A stretch of DNA of 47,473 nt from a virus (lineage: Duplodnaviria; Heunggongvirae; Uroviricota; Caudoviricetes), in IMG/VR virus record IMGVR_UViG_3300031134_000639; one strand, given 5' to 3'. Positions 1 to 8,996 of this stretch are shown here, piece by piece. Position 1 is the first letter of the stretch; each line of letters begins with the position of its first letter. Below the pieces are notes generated by a model, which worked only from the letters and a program-made list of their open reading frames with translations, did not search any database and was not told where the DNA came from. The position numbers and the translations under genes are program-made.

Positions 1-83
1 AGAAGCAGATAAGTTGATGTAGCTACAGCCAATATGTGGTTTGTTTCAGTCTGTTAGGAATTGTGTAATAAGTTGGAGGAATA

Positions 84-980
84 ATGTGTAGGACCAAAGA
101 ACTTGGCGGTAGACGCTGTCCTCAACACACTGACCCTGTGAAGCACGCTGCGTATAACGCTCGCCGCCGTGAGTTGTATGCTGCTAAGAAAAACCAGAAG
201 TCGTCTACTCAACCGCTTGAATCTCTTCTCCCTGCGATACACAAAACGCGTGTGTATGGTGTTACTGAAAACTCAAGGTACACTCAGGAGGCTGAAGAAT
301 ACTATGAGAAGATGAAAAAAGAGACTCTGACCGCTTTGAACTCAGATGACTTCTATGTACAAATTATGCTGGATGAACATGATGAACCTGACGAGCTAAT
401 GTCCCTCAACGGTTACAGCACGTCAGGGTATCAAACAATTCGTTCTTACCTTTCACATCCTGATTCCTTTGAGCCTTCTGCCTCTGCAAAGCTAGATAAA
501 ACCATAAAAGGCATTGACTCAGCCATTGAACGTGCGCCTAAAGTTGAACCTCGTCTACTGTACAGAGGAATTAAGATCCCTGCGTTTGTTGAAGATGAAA
601 ACGTTTCGTCATGGGTTGAAGAAAAGTTCCCCGTAGGAGAAGTTATTGCTCAGGATAACTATGTTTCCACAAGCGTTAACCCGTATATGGCCTCATATTT
701 TGGTGAAACCAACTACAATGCTGAAGCCCAGCGTTCCATTCTCATGGAAATTGTTTCTTCCAACGGAGCGCCTTTGGGGGAGGATATATCAGCAAACGCT
801 CACGAACGTGAAATCCTTCTGTCAAGGAAATCCAGATTCAAGATCGTTGCTGTCCACGAGAATGCTGAAGTGCGCATAAATGAAAACATCCTAGGGGCAG
901 GCAAAGGATTTGAATCTGTCAAACCGTTTACTCTCATCCAAGTTGTTGACATAACAGAAAATCAGTACTCTGATTCTTGA
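84..980 (+). CDS. ART1: tagged mono-ADP-ribosyltransferase (VIP2/C2/C3-like)
   Basis: Tag MCRTKELGGRRCPQH; LYRG, YVSTS, HEREILL; SD GGAGG upstream. Confidence 0.9.
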   Translation: MCRTKELGGRRCPQHTDPVKHAAYNARRRELYAAKKNQKSSTQPLESLLPAIHKTRVYGVTENSRYTQEAEEYYEKMKKETLTALNSDDFYVQIMLDEHDEPDELMSLNGYSTSGYQTIRSYLSHPDSFEPSASAKLDKTIKGIDSAIERAPKVEPRLLYRGIKIPAFVEDENVSSWVEEKFPVGEVIAQDNYVSTSVNPYMASYFGETNYNAEAQRSILMEIVSSNGAPLGEDISANAHEREILLSRKSRFKIVAVHENAEVRINENILGAGKGFESVKPFTLIQVVDITENQYSDS

Positions 981-1002
981 CGAGTAGAATAACATCCAAA
1001 CT

Positions 1003-1014
1003 CCGATAGTAATA
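1003..1014 (+). promoter_or_regulatory. CCGATAGTAATA motif, putative phage-specific promoter
   Basis: Exact motif in the gap before ART2; recurs before ART3, ART8, ART14 and ART21. Confidence 0.7.
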
Positions 1015-1045
1015 GCTGTATACCGCAGTCTTAGGAGTCCATGCA

Positions 1046-1945
1046 ATGTGTCGTAGCAAAGAGTTGGGTGGGCGTCGTTGCCCTCAACATACCGACCCTA
1101 CAAAACGTTCTGCGTATAACGCCCGTAGGCGTGAACTGTACGCTTTACGAAAAGCGATTCTAAAGGTTTCACCAGCTGATGCAAGAGAACAACTTCTTTT
1201 GTCTCCTGACGAACCACGCTTGTACACCAACGAAGTTCATGCCGCTGCGTTCATAAAAGAAGCACATGAGTACTATGAGCTAATGATGGAGCAAACTAAG
1301 ACTAAGCTGGGTTCAAAGGATCTTCCTAGCTTGGGCGAAGACTTTGAGTACACAGATGAACCAGATGAGCTACTTGCGTTACATAAATACAGTTCTGATG
1401 GCTACAGGACAATCCGAGAGTATCTTAACGGCAACCTAGCTGCCACTGCCCCGTGGTTGGATGAGAGTAAACTGGAAGCAGAAGTGCAGGGTCTTGACTC
1501 TGCGCTTGAACGTGCACCCGAAGTGGAACCACGTTTACTGTATCGTGGCATTAGGATAACAAGTGACATTCCCAAAGATGAGGTGTCAGGTTGGCTTGCT
1601 GAGAACTTCCCTGTTGGTGGGGTAGTCAGCCAAGCTAACTATGTTTCCACTAGTGTGCACCCTCAGATTGCTGCTAACTTCAGTGATGGTGTGTGGTCAG
1701 ATGACGGCAAGAAGTCTATTGTCATGGAGATTGTCTCCTCAAATGGTGCACCACTAGGGCATGAGATATCTGCTAACCCTGGTGAGTCAGAGGTTCTGCT
1801 TCCTAGGAACTCAAGGTTCAAAGTAGTTGCCGTCCACGAGAACAGCCTTTTCCATGTGAATGACCCGAAGGCGAGTTATGATAACGACTTGTACAGCAAT
1901 GTAACTCTCATCCAAGTAGTTGACGTTACAAACGAAGCTGAATAG
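1046..1945 (+). CDS. ART2: tagged mono-ADP-ribosyltransferase
   Basis: Tag; LYRG, YVSTS, GESEVLL; looks closest to ART1 (DEPDEL, ERAPxVEPRLLYRGI, MEIVSSNGAPLG). Confidence 0.9.
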   Translation: MCRSKELGGRRCPQHTDPTKRSAYNARRRELYALRKAILKVSPADAREQLLLSPDEPRLYTNEVHAAAFIKEAHEYYELMMEQTKTKLGSKDLPSLGEDFEYTDEPDELLALHKYSSDGYRTIREYLNGNLAATAPWLDESKLEAEVQGLDSALERAPEVEPRLLYRGIRITSDIPKDEVSGWLAENFPVGGVVSQANYVSTSVHPQIAANFSDGVWSDDGKKSIVMEIVSSNGAPLGHEISANPGESEVLLPRNSRFKVVAVHENSLFHVNDPKASYDNDLYSNVTLIQVVDVTNEAE

Positions 1946-1955
1946 TATACGTAGT

Positions 1956-1983
1956 TGTCCCCAGAAGAAAACCGATAGTAATA
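1956..1983 (+). promoter_or_regulatory. TGTCCC...CCGATAGTAATA putative promoter of the ART3-ART5 unit
   Basis: TGTCCC 1956-1961, CCGATA 1972-1977. Confidence 0.7.
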
Positions 1984-2014
1984 TCTGGTACCCATTCTTC
2001 ATCGGAGTTTTCTT

Positions 2015-2848
2015 ATGTGTCGCAGTATAGAACTTGGCGGACGACGTTGTCCTTCACACAGTGACCCGTCCGCCACAGCCGCATACAATGCCGTCCGTCG
2101 TCAACGATATGCTGAAGCGAAGAAAACTGGTTCTCCCGTTCTATCTGCTGACTACGATTTCACTCCTCTAGACCAGATGAAGCAACTAGGGGTAACTGAC
2201 CCTAAATTCGTTGAGTTCGTTGACCAAGCTAAAGAGTTCATAGATAAAGTCTACTCTAAAAATTCCAAAGCTAAAACACCTGAAGCAAAAGCTGTCTACG
2301 CTTACACAAACTTGAACTACATTGACATTAGACACCGTATCTACGGAGGTGAGCTTATACATGAGCAGAATGCCTCCAAAGTAGATGCCATGATAGGTAA
2401 CATTGATACTGCTCTTTTGAAAGCTACCCCGCCTGACGAACCGCGTGAACTCTACCGTGGTGTAAGCCTACCTGACCATGTGGCACCTGAAGATGTTAAC
2501 TCATATTTGGCTGAAAATTTCCCTACCGGTGGGGTAATCAGCCAGAAGAACTTCATGTCAACTAGCTTGTCTCCTTCTTTGGCTTCCACCTTTATGGAAA
2601 AAAACCAGAAGCGCTCCAATGGGGTTCTTATTCAGATACTAAGCAAGAAAGGTGCGCCTTTAGGAGGAAAGCTCTCCTGCTTAGGCAACGGAGAAATGGA
2701 AGTGCTGATGCCCCGTGAAGCTAAATTCAAGGTAGCCGAGGTGGTCACAGATATCAAACCAAACGCTGATCCTCATTCTACCGGTAAGCTAGCTCAGATT
2801 ACGCACATTATTCGCTTAGTTGATGTTACAGATGAGGACGAAAGCTGA
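2015..2848 (+). CDS. ART3: tagged mono-ADP-ribosyltransferase
   Basis: Tag MCRSIELGGRRCPSH; LYRG, FMSTS, GEMEVLM. Confidence 0.9.
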   Translation: MCRSIELGGRRCPSHSDPSATAAYNAVRRQRYAEAKKTGSPVLSADYDFTPLDQMKQLGVTDPKFVEFVDQAKEFIDKVYSKNSKAKTPEAKAVYAYTNLNYIDIRHRIYGGELIHEQNASKVDAMIGNIDTALLKATPPDEPRELYRGVSLPDHVAPEDVNSYLAENFPTGGVISQKNFMSTSLSPSLASTFMEKNQKRSNGVLIQILSKKGAPLGGKLSCLGNGEMEVLMPREAKFKVAEVVTDIKPNADPHSTGKLAQITHIIRLVDVTDEDES

Positions 2849-3714
2849 TGTGCCGTACTAAAGAATTGGGTGGAAGACGTTGCCCACAACACACTGACCC
2901 TGTGAAACACGCAGCATATAACGCTCGTCGTCGTGAACTGTACGCTGCCAAAAAGGTTAAGCCTGTTGAAGAGTTCGCATACACGTTTCCTCCTCTTGAT
3001 GTGATTCGCAGGGAGGCCTCTGCTGAGGAGTGGCAGGCATATTGCGAAGACCGCAACAACTTCTCTAACATTATCAACCCTGGCTGGGACGCTGAAGACT
3101 CTAAATGGTCTGACAAAAGATGGGATAGCGCTAAGTGGAAGCCAGAGAAGGCCAAGCTTGATGCAGTTCTATTCTACACAGACGATGGGTTCCCAGAAGT
3201 TCGTAGTTACCTTGAAGGGCTAAACGACCCTGTAGCATTCCACAGCGATGAATATTATGAGAAAGTAGTGAGGAACCTTGACCTTGTCGTCTCTAAAGCA
3301 AAACCGCCTGAGCAGCCACGACGTTTGTACCGTGGTCTTAGCATGCCTAAAGAGCTTGAAGGTGAGCAGGTTGACCAATGGATTGATGAAAGATTCCCTG
3401 TTGATGGCATCATCTCCCAGAAGAACTACATGTCTACGTCTTTGTCTCCAGAGTCAGCTGTTGACTTCTCAAACGTAGACTCTGGAGACTACAGAGAAGG
3501 TAAAGCTGTTGTCTTTGAGATAATGTCTAAGCAGGGTGCTCCCATTGGTGATGGCGTGTCATATCATCAGAACTCTGAACGCGAAGTCCTGATGCCTCGC
3601 AACGCACGATTTAAAGTTGTTGGTGTGCATAAGAAAGTTGTCTTCAATAGCACAGCTTTCATTGCTAAAAGAAATTACGAACACACAGTCATTCAGCTAG
3701 TGGATGCAAGTTAG
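2848..3714 (+). CDS. ART4: tagged mono-ADP-ribosyltransferase
   Basis: Tag; LYRG, YMSTS, SEREVLM; TGATG overlap with ART3. Confidence 0.9.
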   Translation: MCRTKELGGRRCPQHTDPVKHAAYNARRRELYAAKKVKPVEEFAYTFPPLDVIRREASAEEWQAYCEDRNNFSNIINPGWDAEDSKWSDKRWDSAKWKPEKAKLDAVLFYTDDGFPEVRSYLEGLNDPVAFHSDEYYEKVVRNLDLVVSKAKPPEQPRRLYRGLSMPKELEGEQVDQWIDERFPVDGIISQKNYMSTSLSPESAVDFSNVDSGDYREGKAVVFEIMSKQGAPIGDGVSYHQNSEREVLMPRNARFKVVGVHKKVVFNSTAFIAKRNYEHTVIQLVDAS

Positions 3715-3724
3715 GGAGTAGAAA

Positions 3725-4594
3725 ATGTGTCGCACCAAAGAACTTGGCGGGCGTCGTTGCCCTCAGCATACGGATCCTGTAAAACATGCAGCTTACAATG
3801 CTCGTCGCCGTGAACTTTACGCTGAGAAAAAGAAAGTGATGCTGCCTCCTCTAGAAGAGGCTACCACAGCAGAATACGTGTTTCCTCCTCTAGAAGAAGT
3901 ACGCGCTGAACCGTCTAGTTACGATTTGGAATTCTACCGCCAGGATAGGGCTGATTTCTCTAACTCAATCAACCCTGGCTGGGATGCTGATGACTCTACT
4001 TGGGTCCACCATAGGGTTCGTGGACCATGGAAGCCGGAGACAGACAAAAGAGACTCTGTGTTGTACTACACAGATGAGGGCTACAGGGAGATAAGGGACT
4101 ATCTGAACGGTAAAACTGTCACGAAGCCTGATGAGGTGAACGCTATTATGTCTAACCTTGACTCAGCACTTGAGCAAGCTAAGCCACCTGTGGAGCCTCG
4201 TAGGCTTTATCGTGGACTTACTCTTCCTCATGACTTTGAACCTAATCAAGTTCAAGACTGGCTTGGAGAGAACTTCCCCGTAGGCGGTGTCATCAGTCAA
4301 AAGAATTATATGTCAACAACATTGTCCCCAAATGCAGCTGTAGAATTCTCTAAGGCTTATAACAATGACTACAACAATGGCAAGGCTGTCATTTTTGAGA
4401 TCATGTCCAAACAGGGTGCTCCGGTCGGTGAGGGTTTGTCTTATCATGATGATCGCGAACTTGAAGTCCTCATGAAGAGAAACGCCCGGTTTAAAGTTGT
4501 TGCCGTGCACTCGGTAGTCAGTTTTCACAGTAAAAGCTATATTTCAACTAAGAACCTTGACTACACTGTTATCCAGTTGGTTGATGCTGACTAG
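3725..4594 (+). CDS. ART5: tagged mono-ADP-ribosyltransferase
   Basis: Tag; LYRG, YMSTT, RELEVLM; shares FSNxINPGWDAxDSxW with ART4. Confidence 0.9.
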   Translation: MCRTKELGGRRCPQHTDPVKHAAYNARRRELYAEKKKVMLPPLEEATTAEYVFPPLEEVRAEPSSYDLEFYRQDRADFSNSINPGWDADDSTWVHHRVRGPWKPETDKRDSVLYYTDEGYREIRDYLNGKTVTKPDEVNAIMSNLDSALEQAKPPVEPRRLYRGLTLPHDFEPNQVQDWLGENFPVGGVISQKNYMSTTLSPNAAVEFSKAYNNDYNNGKAVIFEIMSKQGAPVGEGLSYHDDRELEVLMKRNARFKVVAVHSVVSFHSKSYISTKNLDYTVIQLVDAD

Positions 4595-4666
4595 GTGAGA
4601 GGCCATATGACCCTCCAGCAGCCTCTGTGCCGGTCGCTGACAAGCTGAAAGAGGGTTCTCGCCCAC

Positions 4667-4678
4667 CCGTAAGTAATA
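4667..4678 (+). promoter_or_regulatory. Variant motif CCGTAAGTAATA upstream of ART6
   Basis: Differs from CCGATAGTAATA only by AT to TA at two adjacent positions; lies in the 144-bp gap before ART6. Confidence 0.45.
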
Positions 4679-4738
4679 AGATACAAGCCGCTTAGAAAGG
4701 CTCTGGCGGCTTAGAAGAACTCTGGAGTAGAACCTGAT

Positions 4739-5668
4739 ATGTGCAGACCCAAAGAGCTTGGCGGTCGTCGCTGTCCTCAACACACTGACCCTGTGAAGCA
4801 CGCTGCGTACAATGCACGACGTAGGGAGTTATATGCTCAGGGCAAAAGGACACCGGAAGCGGTTATCGCTGCTTTTGACTATAGTTTCCCTGCTATGGAT
4901 GCTTTGCGTGTTAATTTGACTAATGAAGAAGAAACTAGAAGGATTGAAAATGCAGTTGCCTTAGCTAAGAAGATAATCCCAGGTTACGATTATCAGGAAG
5001 CTCAAGATGTGCTTTGGTCAGCCGACCACAGAGATTACCAAAGAGATCTAGAGCCTAACCAGGCTTTACTGTTCTACACAGGCGGTCAGTACCGCCTTGT
5101 TCGTAAAGTTATTTTGAATCCTACAAATAAGCTTGATGGTAAAAAGATAATGGTAGATGAAGACTTCCGGTGGATGCAGAGGACATTGACAACAATGGAC
5201 TCCGCAATAGCTGCCGCTGAGGAGCCAGAAGAACCTCGTTTAGTGTATCGCGGAATGAGATTAGATCCCAATGCATCTGATGAGGAGATAGATGCAATGG
5301 TAGACAAAGGGTTCCCTGTAGGCGGCGTGATAAGCCAGGAGAATTACATGTCTACCACCCAGAAGCCTTCTGTTGCTTACCTTCACTTTGGTGACGGGTT
5401 TACTAACAAAAGTGGCGCAGATTCTAAACGTTCTGTTGTGATGGAAATAATGACACGTAAAGGCGCACCGCTAACGTACGGTACTTCCATGTTTCAGGAC
5501 ACGGAGAAAGAAATTCTTATGCCTCGCAATATGAAGCTGAAAATAGTTTCCGTAGACAAAGATGTTGACGTTCAAGTTGAAGGCAGGTATGAGGAAACAA
5601 TAACGGTGAAACGCACAGTTATCCGATTAATTGATGTAGAAGATGACTTAGGAGTAAGCAATGTGTAG
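4739..5668 (+). CDS. ART6: tagged mono-ADP-ribosyltransferase
   Basis: Tag; VYRG, YMSTT, TEKEILM. Confidence 0.9.
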   Translation: MCRPKELGGRRCPQHTDPVKHAAYNARRRELYAQGKRTPEAVIAAFDYSFPAMDALRVNLTNEEETRRIENAVALAKKIIPGYDYQEAQDVLWSADHRDYQRDLEPNQALLFYTGGQYRLVRKVILNPTNKLDGKKIMVDEDFRWMQRTLTTMDSAIAAAEEPEEPRLVYRGMRLDPNASDEEIDAMVDKGFPVGGVISQENYMSTTQKPSVAYLHFGDGFTNKSGADSKRSVVMEIMTRKGAPLTYGTSMFQDTEKEILMPRNMKLKIVSVDKDVDVQVEGRYEETITVKRTVIRLIDVEDDLGVSNV

Positions 5669-6527
5669 AACCGGTGGAAGACGTTGCCCGTCACATAGCG
5701 ACCCTAAAATGGTTACAGAGCGTAACGCCCGACGCCGCGCTGCATATGCTGCTAAAGTTAGCAATGTCATACCTGCTCCGGTATATAATTTCCCTTCAAT
5801 AACGGAGAGTCTGCCGTACATGGATGGTGAAGGAAACAGCCCCGAAGAGAAACAATTCTTCGCTGACCAGAAAGCCTTCTTCGACCTTGTTGACCCTGAC
5901 GCTATCACTGTGCCAGCAGAGAACGAAGACCGAGATCTCACAGAGGAAGAAGCTGAGGAAGCTCGTCTTCGCCATGAAGAGTTCTATACTCTTCGTGACT
6001 ACACTGAGGACAGCTTCAATGATGTGAGAGAGTACCTTATTGACGGTGATATCTTCAATAACGTGGACCATGAAAAGACGGTGGCAAGTCTTGACCGTGC
6101 TATTGCAAAAGCCACCCCTCCTAAGGAGGACCGTGTCCTGTATCGTGGACTGGCTATCCCCGCTGATGTTATAGACGATGAAAGAGTTGACAGTTGGTTG
6201 GAGGAGCGCTTCCCTGTCGGTGGAGTAATCAGCCAGAAAAACTACATGTCAACTAGCGTCAGTCCCTCTGTAGCGAATAATTTCAGTGAGTGGAATAGCT
6301 CAACAGATGACGATGGCATAATCATGCAGATTCTATCCAAAAAAGGTGCACCACTTGGTTTAGGTACATCATACCGTGGCTTAGAAGAAATGGAAGTCCT
6401 CATCCCCCGTGATGCAAAGTTCAAGGTAGTTGAAGTTATCAGGAACACACCGTATGACATTGTTAAGGGTACCAGGACTGTCAGTGAAGAGCGTAAGACA
6501 ATAATCAGGGTTGTTGACGCTAGCTGA
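5661..6527 (+). CDS. ART7: mono-ADP-ribosyltransferase with short tag
   Basis: Short tag MCRTGGRRCPSH; LYRG, YMSTS, EEMEVLI; 8-nt overlap with ART6. Confidence 0.9.
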   Translation: MCRTGGRRCPSHSDPKMVTERNARRRAAYAAKVSNVIPAPVYNFPSITESLPYMDGEGNSPEEKQFFADQKAFFDLVDPDAITVPAENEDRDLTEEEAEEARLRHEEFYTLRDYTEDSFNDVREYLIDGDIFNNVDHEKTVASLDRAIAKATPPKEDRVLYRGLAIPADVIDDERVDSWLEERFPVGGVISQKNYMSTSVSPSVANNFSEWNSSTDDDGIIMQILSKKGAPLGLGTSYRGLEEMEVLIPRDAKFKVVEVIRNTPYDIVKGTRTVSEERKTIIRVVDAS

Positions 6528-6978
6528 AGCGTGCCAAAATGCTGTCACCATGGCCGTTAAAGTGTTCAGTCATGATGAAGCTGTTGTCCTTGAGGAAGCT
6601 AATCAGCTTCCTGTGCTTAGGACTGACTTCAATGTATGTGGTAGCAGCGCCTAAATCCCGAAGATCCCGAGTTACTGTCTCCAACAGTCTCGTGCCATAA
6701 CCTCTACCTGCATAATGCTCTGAAACTTTGAATGTAGAAATCTTTGCTACAGGCATGTTGAAACCATAGCTGTCATTCTCCTGCGGCTTAGTGATAACAA
6801 CAGCAGCATACTCTTGCTGTGAGTTCAATATGACATATGCTTTTCGGGTGGAATCAATGCTGACCTTGTTAGTCCATGCTTCAAAATTATCGTACGCATA
6901 TTGTAGTGAACCGAAGATGGGGTCATCCCAGTTGACTTCGCTTGTAGATAGCGTCATTATCTTAGGCACAGTCAGCAT
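6520..6978 (-). CDS. GNAT-family acetyltransferase (start may be the ATG at 6957)
   Basis: Motif A ISTFKVSEHYAGRGYGTRLLE, then IEVSPKHRKLISFLKDNSF. Confidence 0.75.
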   Translation of the reverse strand: MLTVPKIMTLSTSEVNWDDPIFGSLQYAYDNFEAWTNKVSIDSTRKAYVILNSQQEYAAVVITKPQENDSYGFNMPVAKISTFKVSEHYAGRGYGTRLLETVTRDLRDLGAATTYIEVSPKHRKLISFLKDNSFIMTEHFNGHGDSILARFS

Positions 6979-7090
6979 CTCCAGCGTCTACATGCTTGCA
7001 GAAAATTGTGGGACTAAAGCAGCTATTTTGTGACTTCAAAAGATTCCAATCAGAGTTTTGTTTCAGTTCAGCTAAGAACTTACCTTTCAT
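6962..7090 (-). CDS. Small hypothetical protein (42 aa, MKGKFLAELKQ...), absent from the ORF track
   Basis: Own translation; TGATG-coupled to an upstream open fragment, and stops 4 nt before the ATG at 6957. Confidence 0.35.
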   Translation of the reverse strand: MKGKFLAELKQNSDWNLLKSQNSCFSPTIFCKHVDAGDADCA

Positions 7091-7178
7091 CATACCATAT
7101 TCTTATCACCCCAGCGAACCATAACCTTATGTATGTCGGCCTTATCTAATTCGGTTGGATTCTTGACTGCATTACCGG

Positions 7179-7210
7179 TGTCCCCTCAGCAGAGAAAACC
7201 GATAGTAATA
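7179..7210 (+). promoter_or_regulatory. TGTCCC...CCGATAGTAATA putative promoter of the ART8-ART13 unit
   Basis: TGTCCC 7179-7184, CCGATA 7199-7204. Confidence 0.7.
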
Positions 7211-7239
7211 CATAGTACGTTCAACAAGTTAGGGTAATG

Positions 7240-8118
7240 ATGTGTAGAGCCGGTGGAAGACGCTGCCCGTCTAGTAGCGACCCTGCACTTGCAGCTGACC
7301 GGAACAAGCGCAGGCGAGACCTTTACGCTTCCAAGAAAAGCATGTTTGGCGTAACACAGTTCCCATCTTTGAATGAGAACCACCCATTTGTTGACATTAA
7401 TGGCGACTCACCTGAAGCCTTAGCTTACAAGCAGGCAACAAGAGAATACGTTCAGGCTATAAGAGACCATTATCATGGTAACCCGGTGAAGATAGAGGAG
7501 ATAGAATCCGCTGTCGGTTACTATACTGTTGACGGGTACGAAGAAATTCGTGATTACCTGAACAACTACCAAGTAGCTTCTTCAGGCAAAGAAAAACGTG
7601 TTGTTTACCTTCCTGAAGAGCTAGAGTTTCTGTCTCAACAGATTGAGATTTTAGATGATGTTCTTAAACTCTCCCCTAAGCCATCCGAATCACGTCTACT
7701 GTACCGTGGGCTGGTTGTGCCTCGCAATGTTAGCGAAGCTGACGTAGACAACTGGGCTGAAGATAAGTTCCCGGTCGGAGGGGTTATCAGCCAAAAGAAC
7801 TACATGTCCACCACAGCAAATGCTTCCACTGCATTGTATGAGTTCGCAAGTGATTCCTCCGACCGTTCTGTTATTTTTGAGATCCTTTCCAAAGAAGGTG
7901 CACCTTTAGGCGATGGGTTATCTTATCAAGGAGACTCTGAGATGGAAGTGCTCATGCCGAGGGAAACAAAATTCAAGGTTGTTTCAGTAGACAAAAATGT
8001 AGCTTATGAGAGTGAACAAAAAGCTCATTCTTACGGGCTTGGTGGCCCTCCAGTGTATGAGAAAGAAACAAGGATAGTCACAGTTATTCGTTTGATAGAT
8101 GCAGGAGATGCTAGCTGA
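7240..8118 (+). CDS. ART8: mono-ADP-ribosyltransferase with short tag
   Basis: MCRAGGRRCPSS; LYRG, YMSTT, SEMEVLM; the second of two tandem ATGs matches the paralog starts. Confidence 0.9.
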   Translation: MCRAGGRRCPSSSDPALAADRNKRRRDLYASKKSMFGVTQFPSLNENHPFVDINGDSPEALAYKQATREYVQAIRDHYHGNPVKIEEIESAVGYYTVDGYEEIRDYLNNYQVASSGKEKRVVYLPEELEFLSQQIEILDDVLKLSPKPSESRLLYRGLVVPRNVSEADVDNWAEDKFPVGGVISQKNYMSTTANASTALYEFASDSSDRSVIFEILSKEGAPLGDGLSYQGDSEMEVLMPRETKFKVVSVDKNVAYESEQKAHSYGLGGPPVYEKETRIVTVIRLIDAGDAS

Positions 8119-8996
8119 TGTGCCGTACTAAAGAACTTGGTGGAAGGCGCTGTCCTCAACACACTGACCCTGTGAAGCATGCCGCCTATAATGCTCGTCG
8201 CCGTGAGTTGTATGCAGCTAAGAAAGGCCAGTCTACCTTAAACCCTCTGGATATGTTCCTGCCTTTAGATGCAGTTCGCAGTAGCAGAAAAGGTGATAAA
8301 AGTCTCCGAGCTTCATTGAACCATGACAGTAAAGTTTTCTTTGACTCTCTAGACTCTAAACTCAACGACGAAGAATGGAGTGACTACCAAAGCAAAATTT
8401 ATTTCAATGAAGATGGCAACAACCAGCAGTTGGCTTTGCTTTCCTACACTCACGTCAATTTTTCACACATCCGTGATTATCTGTATGGTACAAAAATAAG
8501 TTCTAGCGGGGACAAACATGTTGTCAAGCCAGAAAAAAGAGCATACTTTGCAGAGACTGTCCAACTGATGGACTCTGCTTTAGAAAAAGCTGTCCCGCCT
8601 AAGACGCCTAGACTTGTGTATCGTGGTTTGAAAATACCCCATCGGGTTGACAATGTTGATTCATGGCTTGACGAAAACTTCCCTGTCGGTGGTGTGGTAA
8701 GTCACAAGTCTTATCTTTCTACTTCAGCTGACCCTGAGACAGCTTTGAAGTTCAGCACCCCACCAATAGGCACGAACAAAGGTGTAGTCATTGAGATGGT
8801 GACTCGCCAGGGTGCATCTCTAGGAAAAGGTACCTCACACTTTGGGAACCTGGAGATGGAAGTGTTAATGCCCAGAGATGCAAAGTTTGTTGTGCACAGT
8901 GTTGACCGTGATGTAGACTACCAATACACTTACAAAGGTGAAGTCAAAACCGGTAAACGCCATATTGTGCGATTCATAGATGAGGGAACTAACTAA
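8118..8996 (+). CDS. ART9: tagged mono-ADP-ribosyltransferase
   Basis: Tag; VYRG, YLSTS, LEMEVLM. Confidence 0.9.
   Translation: MCRTKELGGRRCPQHTDPVKHAAYNARRRELYAAKKGQSTLNPLDMFLPLDAVRSSRKGDKSLRASLNHDSKVFFDSLDSKLNDEEWSDYQSKIYFNEDGNNQQLALLSYTHVNFSHIRDYLYGTKISSSGDKHVVKPEKRAYFAETVQLMDSALEKAVPPKTPRLVYRGLKIPHRVDNVDSWLDENFPVGGVVSHKSYLSTSADPETALKFSTPPIGTNKGVVIEMVTRQGASLGKGTSHFGNLEMEVLMPRDAKFVVHSVDRDVDYQYTYKGEVKTGKRHIVRFIDEGTN

Noticed and set aside
1952-1977. Canonical sigma-28 promoter (TAAA-N15-GCCGATAA)
   Set aside because: Only the CCGATA core matches; no TAAA lies at the expected distance in the copies checked (1972, 28381), so the sigma factor is left unassigned
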